The notes under the pieces were generated by a model. It was not told where the DNA came from. It ran no database searches and saw nothing but the letters and a program-made list of their open reading frames with translations. Shown in pieces: positions 12,445 through 25,949 of a stretch of DNA of 64,000 nt. Position 1 is the stretch's first letter. Every line of letters starts with the position of its first letter. The stretch is taken from assembly GCF_006345805.1 (NCBI RefSeq), contig NC_042997.1, forward strand, positions 180,482,001-180,546,000, in the 5' to 3' direction. The position numbers were made by a program, and so were the translations under genes. The stretch comes from Octopus sinensis (taxonomy: Eukaryota).

Positions 12445-12848
12445 ATTGCGGGAGGGGGCGAGTCGATTACGTCGACCACAATACGCAACTGGTACTTAAT
12501 TTATCGACCTCCTAAAGGATGAAAAGCAAAGTCAACCTCAGCGGAATTTGAACTCAGAACGTAAAGACAGAGGAAATACTGCTAGGCATTTCGCCAGGCG
12601 TGCTAACGTTTCTTATTTTTTTATTGCCCACAAGTGGTTACACATACAGGGGACAAACAAGGCCAGACAAACGGATTAAATTGATTATATCGACCCCAGT
12701 GCGTGACTGGTACTTATTTAATCGACCTCGAAAGGATGAAAGGCAAAGTCGACCTCGGCGAAATTTGAACTCAGAACGTAGCGGCAGACGAAATACCGCT
12801 AAGCATTTCGCCCGGCGAGCTAACGTTTCTACCAGCTCGCCGCCTTAT
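12445..12848 (-). mobile_element. Two adjacent SINE family B units
   Basis: Reverse complement of GGCGGCGAGCTGG...TTCTGAGTTCAAATT...GTCGACTTTGCCTTTCATCC, twice. Confidence 0.85.
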
Positions 12849-13510
12849 AAGGTATTAAAGATTTTCAGTATGATAGAATATCCTATACCATAAATAATTA
12901 CACACAAACAGTATTTTAGTAACATACAGTAGTTCTTTATTATTATTTTTTTCTCAGAATTTAAGATATGACACTAATAATTTAAACTCTTTATGTGTGC
13001 CTTACATTTGCTGAACATTATAAAGTTGACATTAAAAATTGTGCAAAATAAAATGGGAATAAAATAATTACCTTTTTCAACATCCCATTTAATTTAATGG
13101 GGTGTTAACATTGTAGGGTCTATAGCATAATGGTAATTATCTCATTCTTTTAGCATATCTTATTTATGAGGAAAATAATGAAGGATAATTATTGTAAAAC
13201 GAGTTTAATCGAGAAACAGCAAAATAGAGTAGCAAGCTTATTAATTAGTAATCGAAAATAATAATGCCTTCCCATTTACCCTTGCCGTTCAATTTGATAA
13301 CTGAAATTTGCTTAATCTATATGTATCGGGTCTCGGAATAGTCTGAATATTTTATCAACTCTAAGCACGCGGTCGTTCATAAAACATGAAAGTTACATAG
13401 GAGTAGAATAGAGCATGTAGGAAATAACTGAGTCAAAACTGATAGCTTGCACGGATGTTGTGTGGAGCCTTGGGTTACATAAGGGCCATAAAATTATAAT
13501 TCCTGCGCGT

Positions 13511-13760
13511 AAGGCGGCGAGCTGGCAGAATCGTTACCGCACCGGGCAAATGTTTTGCGGCATTTCAAAATCCGCCGAGGTCGAGTTTACCTACATCCTT
13601 TCTGGGTCGATAAATTAAGTACCAGTTGAGCACTGGGATGATCGATAAAATACATACTAGGTGAGCACTAGGGTCGATAAAATAAGTACCAGTTGAGCAC
13701 TGGGATCGATGCAATTGACTTACACTCTTTCTCGAAATTGCTGGCCCTGTACCAAAAATT
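13511..13760 (+). mobile_element. SINE family B with triplicated core segment
   Basis: TAAGGCGGCGAGCTGGCAGAATCG head; GGTCGATAAA..AAGTACCAGTTGAGCACTGGG motif repeated about three times at 13605-13710. Confidence 0.8.
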
Positions 13761-14304
13761 GAAGTCATTATTATACCCCTGGTAAGATAAATCTTGGAAA
13801 CGTGAAGACCATAATATAATTACTTTCGATATTATAATAGGCTGCTCAGACTCTGAAAAGCGTAAGTTTACGATGATTTGTATTGTCTTACATTTTGTTT
13901 GACTACTGGTTCTTATCACATGATAAATTATATGAAACGCCGGCTAAATAACTTGCAGGATTTAAAACTAATCCTTATCGTATATTATCTCAAATTCGTA
14001 CATGCAGCTAGATGAATATCGCCAAACTCATACTAACTGGAAACCATTGAATTTGTTACGCCGTTATAAATATGATTTCATTCCAGCATACTTGGTTTAT
14101 CTGGATCACATACTGTATAGAAACTTACACAAAATGAGTGTGTGCAAGCGTTAATGTATGTGATCTGTTGTTGTGCATTTTTTTTTTTTTAAATACACAA
14201 GCATAGATATGTATTTACGTATTTAAGAGACAGGCAAGCACAGTATATCTCTCGATTGTCAAATTCCTGTTGCTTCATATATGTACATATATATACACAC
14301 ACAC

Positions 14305-14396
<92 letters not shown>

Positions 14397-15642
14397 ATAA
14401 ATAATCTGATTGATATAAAGACACAATAATTATGCTCTTCGTTAAAGTTACACGCCCTTGAATTTAACATTTTCCTACAAAATTGAATAATAAATAATCT
14501 AGTGAATATCCGAAAATTTTATTTTTATATCATCCCTATAATTTACATAGGTAATTTTCATTTATTTCTTTAACTCTTTCCAGCAAAACCATTTAAAGTT
14601 GGAATGTTGCCAAAAGAGTGGTGGATTCACAAACGCGTTAGAATTGAGAAAAGTAAAAACAGACTATAGAAATCCATTTTAGACCTTGACTATGAGTATT
14701 AATCGTTTCCATTATAGCGAAAGGTCATTATATCCATGTGCACATCGAAGCGTTATATTTTATGTGACGTTGATAAGAACGAGTAACAGATGTCTTATAA
14801 AGTCACTCATGAAGAAAAGAACACTACGCTCGCAGTCCCTAGACTCTAGAATATTGAGGGCCAGGTAAATGCCGTTTTGGGAATTTTTGTCGAAATTCCA
14901 TGCTCTAGTTTAACCTATGTCATTCGTGTTAAAGCAAACCGATGATTAAAGGTAATGCCATTTTAGTGGTATCTGAGTCTATACCATCTAACTTATAAGT
15001 CTATTTTTCCTTAAAGTTAGCGTGTGATTTTGGAGAGATAGATTTTCTGGCGATTTCTATTACATATAGCCCATCTCGTATACGTATAAACTCATTGCAT
15101 GAGAATTCGAAAATTTAGAGTTAAATATAAAATTGCTCTTATCTTTGTGTTAATCTCCCAACAATAGTATAAAGTATGCTAGAAAGCTAACGGTTTTTCA
15201 GACACACTCACCTCCAAATTGATGTTTCATAAATACGGTATTATCAAATAAGACAATGTATGGTGTGATCATTTCGCACCATGAGAAGCAGATTCTTTAT
15301 TTACTGAAGATACTAAAATAACGAATCTATATTGAATAAGGAAATATAAAAAAACAATACTTTATTAATTAAATTAGGCCACACTAAAAATTATTGATTT
15401 CTCCACGACGCATGTATAAGCTTCACAAGAAATTTAATATGTTGTTTGTCTGAATTATGATGAATTTATGTTTTCATCGGTTTTTGGATTTTTCTTTTTA
15501 GCGTGGAGAAAAATTAATCTTGTTCTCATCGAAACATAAGTATTTTATGAACCAATTAAAGCATGGCTGCTACTTTTGTTTTATTCTCATGACCAACAGT
15601 ATCATCGTCGTCATCATCATCGTCGTCATCGTCGTCATCATT

Positions 15643-15674
<32 letters not shown>

Positions 15675-15708
15675 TCTTATTATTATTCGTATCATTATTA
15701 TTATCGTT

Positions 15709-16240
15709 TAAGGCGGCGAGCTGGCAGAATCGTTAGCACGCCGGGCGAAGTGCTTAGCAGTATTTCATCTGCCGCTACGTTCTGAGTTCAAATTTCGCGG
15801 AGGTGGACTTTGCCTTTCATCCTTTCGGGGTCAATAAATTAAGTACCAGTTACGCACTGGTGTCGATGTAATCGACTTGTCTGTCCTTGTTTGTCCCCTC
15901 TATGTTTAGCCCGTTGTGGGTAATAAAGAAATAGGTATTTCGTCTGCTGCTACGTTCTGAGTTCAAATTCCGCCGAGGTCGACTTTGCCTTTCATCCTTC
16001 CGACTTAATCTATTTGTCTGTCCTTCTTTGTCATCTCTGTGTTTAGCCCCTTGTGGGTAGTAAAGAAATAGGTATTTCGTCTGCTGCTACGTACTGAGTT
16101 CAAATTCCGCCAAAGTAGACTTTGCTTTTCACCGTTTCGGGGTCTATAAATTAAGTACCAGTTGAGTACTGGGGTCGATGTAATCTACTATCCCCTTTGC
16201 CCAAATTTCAGGCCTTGTGCCTATAGTTTGAAATTTTTAC

Positions 16241-16282
<42 letters not shown>

Positions 16283-16690
16283 GGCGGCGAGCAGGCACAA
16301 TCGATAACATACCAGGCAGAATGCTTAGTGGTATTTCGCCCGTCCTTAGGTTCTATGTTCAAACTCTGCCGAGTTCGACTTCTCCGTTCATCTTTTAGAG
16401 TTCGATAAAATAAAGTGGAGTTGAACACTGGGGTCGCTTTAATCGACTTCCCCCAACCAATTTACTGTCATAGAGTCGGTGGGCTGGCAGAATCGTTACC
16501 ACTCTGGGCGAAATGCTTAGCAATATTTCGCCTGTCGCTAAATTTTAAGTTCGTATTCCGCTGAGGTTGACTTTGCATTTCATCCTTTCGGAGTCGATAA
16601 ATTAAGTACCAGTGAATCACTGAGGTCTATATAATCGACTAGTATCCTCCCCACACAAATATCAGGCCTTCTGCCTATTGTAGAAAGGAA
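15709..16690 (+). mobile_element. Array of SINE family B copies/concatemers embedded in (CAT)n and (ATT)n tracts
   Basis: Heads at 15709, 16282 and 16481; internal body repeats at about 15935 and 16072. Confidence 0.85.
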
Positions 16691-16699
16691 TATTATTAT

Positions 16700-16855
16700 T
16701 ACTGAGTGAGATAAACCAGTTAAGACAATCTTTTGCACCTTCTGCAAGGACGGTAAGCCAGCGACCATTGTTAAATAATTATCAGTTCCTTTTTTTTAAT
16801 CACTCCAACTGCTCCTGCAATCATTGGTATTTTAACCCGTGCTGAGATACCATCT
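16700..16855 (-). mobile_element. Third RLE LINE C-terminal relic
   Basis: With frameshifts reads KIPMIAGAVGVIKK...MVAGLPSLQKVQKIVLTGLSH, the same motif class as 4650-4965 and 5372-5680. Confidence 0.6.
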
Positions 16856-16894
16856 TTGCACCTACCACTGTGTGGTATCATTAAATGTTGTTTA

Positions 16895-17295
16895 GTTATT
16901 ATTATTTTTATTGAGTGAAAGATCAACGCATTCAATCAGTGGCACAGGGGTACAAATATACAAAGTCCAGTATACTCATCATGATTACCCGTTTGATAAG
17001 TGTACACCAGGCACATTTATTTCACCCTCATGTCTGCGACCTGGTGATTTCATATCAAGATAAACAGCGCATGACCTTGTAGGAACGGCTCAGGTAGAAT
17101 TTTTTTAGGTCGAGTAGCCTATCCTATTCAACATGTCCCTGAATAAGGTACGTTTAAGTATGATGAATGAAACACCCACGTTTCCAGAGGTGAATTATTC
17201 AAATCCCAAAGAATTCCTCTAAGCACATGGGTATCATACTTCCTCACTACTCCTGCTCGTGTTCAGAGATGCACACATTTTCAGTCACTATCAAT
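16895..17295 (-). repeat. Interspersed repeat next to an (ATT)n tract (probable LINE 3'UTR or non-autonomous element)
   Basis: Higher-complexity ~400-bp block abutting (ATT)n at 16895; family assignment is from recall only. Confidence 0.4.
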
Positions 17296-17983
17296 CATTG
17301 TCAGCGGTCCATCTTATACAAATATGCTAATATTATCCTTACTTTTAATAAGTGTCAACGTATGAAATCATTACTGCTTTTGTTGTTGTTACTGCTGCTA
17401 TCGGTCGTCGTCGTCAACTTCATCATCATTATCATCATCATCATCATTTTCATTATTCATTGTTTTAGAAATACATCTGGAGATACCATTCGTCGAAAAA
17501 GAATTCGGTATGTTGAAGAGATTTATCTAATTCAAAAGAATGTCTTGAGTTAATAACGTTGTCTATGGTTAATGAACTTGTTCGAGGTTGACATTATGTT
17601 TAATGTTAGAAGTAGGTTCGATAGAATAATATGTATAGACTAATCCAGATTCAGCAACAATGTTCATGGTTAACAAATATGCCAAAGTTAAATAAAAAAG
17701 AAAAAGAAAGCTCTAACAAGTTTAGAGATTGCTGGTGTTCTACGTTTGTGGAGTGCACCCATAACTTCTATCATAGGTAATTTTGCAATACGTACACGTA
17801 CACGGTTGTGTTCCACACCAGCTGAGACAATTCCAAATAAAATTTTGAATATATATTACCTAGAACCATAATGGTTTTAGATCGACATTTTGGTTGTATG
17901 GGCGACATTTTGGTTGCACAAGGGAGCTAATACGCTCCCTTGTGCAGAGCATTATAGTCATTTGGTATTGCTCTATATAATTA

Positions 17984-18498
17984 ACTAGCAGTATCGCCCG
18001 GCGTTGCTCGGGTTTGTAAGGGAAATAACTATATAAGCATTTTTAGAGAGTTACTTCCCTTATAGATGCCAATTTGGGCTTTCGTAGCCATTTCTGTTTT
18101 GGTGTCTTCAAGCCATGAAGTAGTTGTTCGAAAAGAACGCAGGTCTCCTTGACAACGCTTTACGACGTTGATTTCCTTACGCTCCCTTCCCCACAGCTTC
18201 ACGAGGGAGGGAAGAAGGGGGAGAAGCAGGCAGGTGCAGGTGTGACCATGGAAGCCAACTCCGCCGCCATCGACACACGAAAAATTATGCATTAAAATGG
18301 AATAAAAAATGATGTTAAATTATTTTTAAAATCGTAGACTCATCGTAGACGCGCGCTAATACTCAGACGCGCTCGATATGAATCACGACTATAAGATACC
18401 CGAATTTGGTTAAACTGCACCGCGAAATGTGGGAGTAGTTAGGAATCTAAATCGAAGGGGACAGACACTCACACAACTACAGTTTTATATATATAGAT
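17984..18498 (+). mobile_element. Helentron-associated non-autonomous element (HINE/DINE-1-like)
   Basis: 5' end ACTAGCAGTATCGCCCGGCGTTGCTCGGG with CCCG/CGGG palindrome; 3' end GGACAGACACTCACACAACTACAGTTTTATATATATAGAT. These termini are typical of HINEs. Confidence 0.7.
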
Positions 18499-21045
18499 AT
18501 AGACATTTATCTTTTTTTTTTCTTTTTGTGCTAATACTATCTGGTGATCGTTCTGCATGTTAAAGTTCCATAATACTTTTATATTGTTATTTTCTATGTC
18601 TGCAGTAAGGTCATAAGAATATCCGAAAATTTCACTTCCATATTTAGAGTAGCTTTGCTACAGAGTTTTATAGTGAATTGTATCTCCAACCATATTGGCA
18701 TATTTCGAAAAGTATTTCAAGAAGAAGAAGAATATTAACACCACCATTCGTGTTGGTGTTATTGCCCGAAGCATACTAAATTTTTATTAAAAGCTTGACT
18801 TATACTCTGGCGTAGTGCTAGACTAAGCCTACAATATGTCAACTTGTTTTCAAAATGATAGGTACTCTATTTAAGTAAGGTATGCATATTATTTCTAGTA
18901 GATTATGCTGCCTCGTATACAAGTTTTCATTACTCATTGTTAAAGGATGCAGAGTAGAAAAACCAATCGTTAAAAACGGCTTTTTGCCTTTGATTCCCTA
19001 AATTTCACTTCCGAATTTATATCTGGGAAGACAGTTAATGATAATGAAGGTTATGCAATTCACTATATATTATTGCAATAACTTTGAGGACTCACGCAAT
19101 CCACTATGCCTTTATAGGCAGGTGTACATCAGATACATCACGAATGAATTCGAGTCCCGTCTGTGAGTTAAGCTCATTGCTATATTTAAAGTAAAACGCA
19201 CTATTCACCAAGTATAATTTCTTTACCCTTAAAAATCAATTTTCCATTAATAGCATATATGAAAAGTAGGTCATTGGATTCGATTGTACAAACATACACA
19301 GCAATAACCAACGTTAATTCCTTTAACGCTACATGGGCCTTTGTAGGGTAAAATCAAAGGTTTGTGTTTATCTTCATATAACATATATGCATAACGTATG
19401 CGATGGGTCAACAAACTCGACCCATCATGAGATCAAAGGAGCTGAGAATGTCTTCTTCAGTGCGTTTAATTACAATAGAAGAAGTAAATTGCGATATTTA
19501 TTGCACTAATGCTTGGAATAAGTAAATATTTATCCTTTGTTGTATTCTTATATAAAGACACCATAGCTGTCGAGTATTTTCTTATTTGAGCTTCATTTTA
19601 ATATAATAAATAATGCTTTGCAAAAAAATGTACTGCGTTAGGAAATAAATGTGAAGATAGTAAAGACAACGGTATTCAATTACTAACATGGTATTTAATA
19701 CTCCTCTTGTGTTTCGACTGCACGTGAAAATCCATTCTAGAAGTTGACTGCTGCAACCATGACAGTAGAATTTATCGATTTATATTCGCTTCCTTCATTC
19801 GATTCTGTCGAAACAATATATTACAGAATAGTATACAATATTATTGCCATGCTGTTGTTTTGTTGGTATATTTTTTCAAGATTTCTTATTAACGCATCTA
19901 TAATGCACCTATTCGTTTAAAATGACATAAAGCAATACATCTATATATAAAATGAAAACAACGTAAAAAAATATAAGGCGAAAGAGTGAGTTATTTCTTG
20001 CCAATTTAATATGTTGACGTTCTCACCATGGGAAAAATGAAAGCGCGTTCCCTACCACTGAACATCTCATACTCGTCTAATAAAGGAATCTAACTTGCAG
20101 TGGCACAAACCATATATTTCTAAATATGTAGAAGAAGAAAATATGTGTCTTACTACTTCGGAAAAATGTGTAAAATGTACAGTACATTTCATATACTTTC
20201 AGAAGACGTCTCAGTATTCTCTGTAAAGAAGATGTGGTCACGAAAATAACTATTTATAAATACTACACCACCGGAAGTATGCAATAACGATGTTGTATCA
20301 ATGCTAAGCAATGATAAGGCAGACATCGCTCATTACGTTTTTAAACACTTGTTTAATTTACTATGTCCTTACAGGTCTACGAAGACATTAATTCGATATT
20401 CGTAATCGATGACATACCATGCCGCAGAAACGGGTGCAACTCATATTCGAATGACATCATTCATAGCCCAATATTTTCACGCATATGAAGAGATTTTCAG
20501 GGCTATATCCGCACCGGAAAGTCTTCACAAGTCCGAGAGTACATAACAGTGTTAAATATGATTGTTACGGTTATATTTTATCCAGTGCTACTTAGACCTC
20601 CACTAGTTATTTCTTTATCGCATAACTAAGCTTTTTGCACATCAGAAAATGTACTATTTGATGTTCATAGGGTTGCGAAGTACAAATTCACTACTCGTAG
20701 CTGACAATGCATACTGATGCAGCAACATGAGACATAAAATCTGATTACATTATTCACCAGTCAATCTATTTTACGCATATTTTCTGTGAAAATTCTTCCT
20801 AATTTTCCAAACAATAGTTCTTCGCAAATTCGAGAGCACACATACCTGTTAAATATGACTGTGCATGATTACGCATATCATTCAACGCTGATTTGTGCGG
20901 CTCTAGAATCTAGACACACACTATAAGTGTGGCATTCCTGCTATTACACACAAACACTTCCGAAACCACATACCCGAGGGCACCACATTTGAAGAATTCA
21001 GTCCCCAACACACATCAGCATCTGGTTCACAAGTAAATCTTTTAA

Positions 21046-21215
<170 letters not shown>

Positions 21216-21216
21216 G

Positions 21217-21332
21217 TAATGCAGTACGATCAATTCATGCAACGCCATTTAATTGAACAATGCAATCATTACATCAGTAATGATTGCATTGTTCAGGTAA
21301 ATGGCGTTGCATGAAACGATCGTACTGCATTA
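21217..21332. repeat. 116-nt hairpin (56-bp arms, 4 mismatches, 4-nt loop)
   Basis: TAATGCAGTACGATC...GCAATCATTAC-ATCA-GTAATGATTGC...GATCGTACTGCATTA. Confidence 0.9.
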
Positions 21333-21669
21333 TCTCTGGATGTCCTTGTTGCTTATTTTGATATGTGTGTATGTGTGTGTGTGTGCGTGTGTGTGTGTAT
21401 GTGTGTGTGTGTGTCGGGGCAGGGGACATTATTCAAAGCAGTTTGATTCGATTCCGAGCTACTTCAAGATTCGAAGCCAGCCAGGGGACATAGGTTCCGT
21501 TAGAGACTTCAAAACTTGAAGTAACACGGAATCAGAATCAAACTGTTTTAGATAATACATGTAGGTCTCAATAAATATGATGTGTGTCCTTTTCTTCTTT
21601 TGTCTACTCACTCACACACACACACACCCATATACATGCACACACCTATACACACACATACTCACGCGC

Positions 21670-21794
<125 letters not shown>

Positions 21795-22884
21795 ACATGC
21801 AGAGAAAGCATAACAATGCAGAAATGTATGCGTCTTACGGTCCTGTGAACTTAATCATAGACATGGTGTGTACTTCCAGACGTTGTCAATCACTAGAATT
21901 TCCTTCAGAGCCAATTTAATCATCGACTGTGTTTCTAAGTCCGAGTGCATATACCTATAAATGTATATATACATTTATAGGTATTTGTGTGAGTATATTT
22001 ATGAGAGTTGTATAGTGTGAATGTGTGTTGCGTTCAGTAAAGATTATATTCACTTGCACAGTTAATGATGTGAATGGTCTTCTTTAAGCATTTGAAACCA
22101 GCTCGCTTATTCATTATTCCACGGCAGTCAATGTAGGTTTTCTTTATTCTTTTCTTTACTTTTTTCTTCAACTTTTTAAAATCTTTGGTCTTTTAAAAAG
22201 TCTTCATCGCCAAGGCATTATATTTTAGGAAATCCAAATGGCTTTCTCCCAGTGTACAATTTTCTTTTGGAAGAAAATGGCTTCTTTCGTAAAATAATCC
22301 ACGCTGTGTTTCAGCTCTCCAGGAGCCTACCTATTCTTGTTGCATTGTTCTTGGTGGAATTTGAGGTGTTTTTTGTAATGCATAAATTTTCTGCGTATCT
22401 AAACATAACTTGCAATGTATATATACGTTGTAAAAATACTACGTGAAGTGCATAATTATTTTCCCAAAAATTATTACTTAAAAATACATGAAACATTCCC
22501 AAACTTTATGTTCTAAAGAAAGTTCAAATACGAGAGCTAAACAAAGGACTATATTTAAATCTAATTATATGCTGTAATTGTAGCTGAAAAACCGGTAAAA
22601 TTTTCATGATTAGAAGAAAAGATAAATAAATTTGAAACAATAACAAGAAGAATATCTGTTGAAAACTATTCATTTATGCATTTACTGTTTTCGTCCTTGT
22701 GCGCTGTGGTGATGCAGGAGCATCACCTTCAAGAGTCATTTACACTGGCTCTGATTCTTATTTTATTGAATAGCGTTTAACCTATTGATATGGGAAGGAT
22801 GACATCTTAAGGGAGATAACCTATACCACAAAATAATTTTCCTTTCTGCACTCACCTGCAGATCTGAAGAACAAGACAGGAAAC

Positions 22885-23290
22885 AGAGAATGCGAATGAA
22901 TATGCATGTAGTCTTCGTGGCACCAAAACCGATGGAAATGTCGATGATGGGATTTTCGCTTAGAGATCACATCCGAAACGAGGGGATGAGTGTTAGAGCT
23001 GGAGTGAAGGACATCGTTGCAGAATACCACCACGCAAAGCTTCGATGGGCCGGTCATGTCGCAAGGTTCACAGACGATTGGTAGACCCGTACAATTGTCG
23101 AATGTTACCTATGCGAGTCAAAAAGACCACGCAGAAGACTTCCAGTCAGGTAGGAAGATGATTTAAGAAAAATATTTGGAGCAACGTGGAGGAAAATGGC
23201 GAGGGCACGAGGGAAATGAAGTGAATGCTGTGACCAGTACCAGACAGCCTGGACGATCCATGTCATCCAGGTGATATCAAAGCGAGAAGA
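22885..23290 (+). mobile_element. RTE-clade LINE 3' relic
   Basis: FSLRDHIRNE...KLRWAGHVARFTDDW*T...KRPRRRLPVR*EDDLRKIFGATW matches the RTE C-terminal W.GHV.R...R.RGRP..RW.DD motif. Confidence 0.75.
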
Positions 23291-24658
23291 ATCGTAAAGT
23301 TTTCCAAAATTGATAAAAGACACTCATGCGTATGGAAAACATGTAAGTGATTGAATTGAAATATGGAACTGATTTGTATTTAATTGATTTCAGAAAGATT
23401 GGAAGCAAATTCAGCTGATGACCGATTAAAACTTAGAAGCAAGAAAGCGAAATATAACCCTTTAAGAAATCAGTCTGCTGCTTTACCTGGGCTGCCATAT
23501 CGAATTCTGATAAGATTTCTTTTTAATTGACTGACAATGGTTGCATTACAAATCCACGTATGTATGGGGCGCACAGTTGTTTGAATCAACAGCAGAAATA
23601 ATAAACTATCAATTTTACTATCATTATGGAAACTAGTGAAAAGCACATTATTCTTGACAGCAAGAAAATATTTTCAAGAGCAGAAGTAAAGTTTATTTGT
23701 AAATAACATCTTTGTTACTATAGCCTGTTGTGTTGCAGATCATATTTTCTTTCGGGGATATTTGGTTTGAAATTTGAAGACAAGAACAAAAACATTCATG
23801 GTGATGTCAGCTGATACTGAAATCTTATAAAACAATAAAAAATATCTGAAACAACGATCTGAATAAGTTTTCGCAACTTTCAGAAACTTTACTAAGAAAA
23901 CAAAAAGTAAGAAAATCTGGTGTACACAGTGTATATGGGGAAATGTAATAAAAATTAAATAAAGTAGAAAATCCAAATATAACCACTGATAAAGTATTGT
24001 AAGCACAACAGAATGTTTATGAACAATGATTCTCGGTAAGTGAACTCAGATAAAAAATAAGAAAAATAATACCAGGTCGAGTAAATCCAAAATATATTGA
24101 TAACAGGATGAACTAGCATATAAATGGATTGCTGTCCTCGAACCACAGTCGTGAATCAAATTACAAAACACATCAGAGCGATATCTCATATATAAAACCC
24201 AAGTTTTATAAAATAAAATCTCAATCATAAATGTAGTTTCAGATTTCGGGTTTCGACGTTTCATAAACTTACAATACAATGTCAAAATATCATATTCTGT
24301 ACCAAATGAAACTTGTACCCACAAGGATCATAATATAGAACATTAGCCTTAAGTAAAAATGTACAAAAGTGTATGTTATGACCAGTGACATGTCTATCAC
24401 ACACCTAAGATTTTAGTAAAATTTCCTGACAAAATTTATAACTGATGTGGTATTCTTCACTAAGACTATAGAATACCTGTCTCCCCAAAAACAGAAGGTA
24501 CACTAGGGATGTCACCTACGAAATGGTGGTCTACTATACAGTGACAAAGTAATTCTGCAGTATATTTTGCAGCTATGAAAGAAGATGAAAATTTAATTTA
24601 AGTAAGATTAACTGGTTAAATTCTCGACCGAATATTTTATGAGACATTGATATATAAA

Positions 24659-24990
24659 AGGCGCATGGCTCAGTGGTTAGAGTGTCGAGCTTACGATCGT
24701 GAGGTTGTGAGTTCGATTCCCAGACCGGGCTGCGTCTTGTGTTCTTGAGTAAGACACTTTATTTCACGTTGCTCCAGTTAATTCAGCTGTAGAAATGAGT
24801 TATGATGTCACTGGTTCCAAGCTCTATCGGTGTTTGCCATTCCCTTGCATAACATCAGTGGTGTGGAGAGGGGAGGCTGGTATGCATGGGCGACATCTGG
24901 CCTTCCACAAACAACCTTGCCCGGACTTGTGCCTCGGAGGGTAACTTTCTGGGTGCAATGCAATGGTCATTCATGGCCGAAGGGGGGCTC
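24659..24990 (+). mobile_element. tRNA-derived SINE, family D
   Basis: GGCTCAGTGGTTAGAG A-box, GAGTTCGATTCCC B-box, then GTTCTTGAGTAAGACACTTTA...CAGCTGTAGAAATGAGT central domain. Confidence 0.8.
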
Positions 24991-25524
24991 CTAATATATA
25001 AAACCAGGAAAACAAATAAGAAAACATACAACCACAGAATGTTTAAAAAATGAATAAAAAATATGTAAAACTAAGAAGCAATTTTATCCAAGTAAACAAA
25101 AGCAATGACAGAAGGACACGCTTGACTGAAATTGGAGGTATAAAGAGGTTAACAGAAATTATGTTCAGTGGTTGCGCAAGAACAGATGGCTAGACGCAAC
25201 GTTGTTAAAGAAAAATAGACACAAAATTCAATGCACAATCCATCGCATATTTGGAAAAGTACTCGAACATTTTCAACCATATGTTACGTAAATGTATCAA
25301 GCTGGCACAAAGGGAATTTAAACGCGATGTAATGGCTTACTTGAGAATATCCGCAAATAGCATTAGTTGGAAAAGTATACCGTAAGGCTCGTAAGAATTC
25401 TCTCTACAAACCAAGAGCTACAGAGGCACACACAAAAAAAGACATCATCGTAGTGAAAGAATGCAAATTGAGTAAGATCATAAATCAGCTTTTATCTTAT
25501 TGCTTGCTATTCGAAGCACAATAT

Positions 25525-25751
25525 ACTCTTTACTCTTTACTCTTTTACTTGTTTCAGCCATTTGACTGCGGCCATGCTGGAGCATCACCTTTAATCGAGC
25601 AACTCGACTCCGGGGCTTATTCTTTTGTAAGCCCAGTACTTATTCTATCGGGCTCTTTTTGCCGAAGCGCTAAGTAACGGGGACATAAACACACCAGCAT
25701 CGGTTGTCAAACAATGCTAGGGGGACAAACACAGACACACAAACACACACA

Positions 25752-25791
<40 letters not shown>

Positions 25792-25949
25792 TATACGACG
25801 GGCTTCTTTCAGTTTCCGTCTACCAAATCCACTCACAGGGATTTGGTCGGCCCGATGCTATAGTAGAAGACACTTACCCAAGGTGCCACGCAGTGGGACT
25901 GAACCCGGAACTATGTGGTTGGTAAACAAGCTACTTACCACACAGCCAC
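25525..25949 (-). mobile_element. SINE family A, full length
   Basis: Reverse complement of the 63409-63860 copy; (CTTTTA)n tail at 25525. Confidence 0.9.

Noticed and set aside
14584-14864. Strong acceptor and donor pair, 281 nt apart
   Set aside because: No frame is open throughout, so at most a non-coding exon; not testable from sequence.
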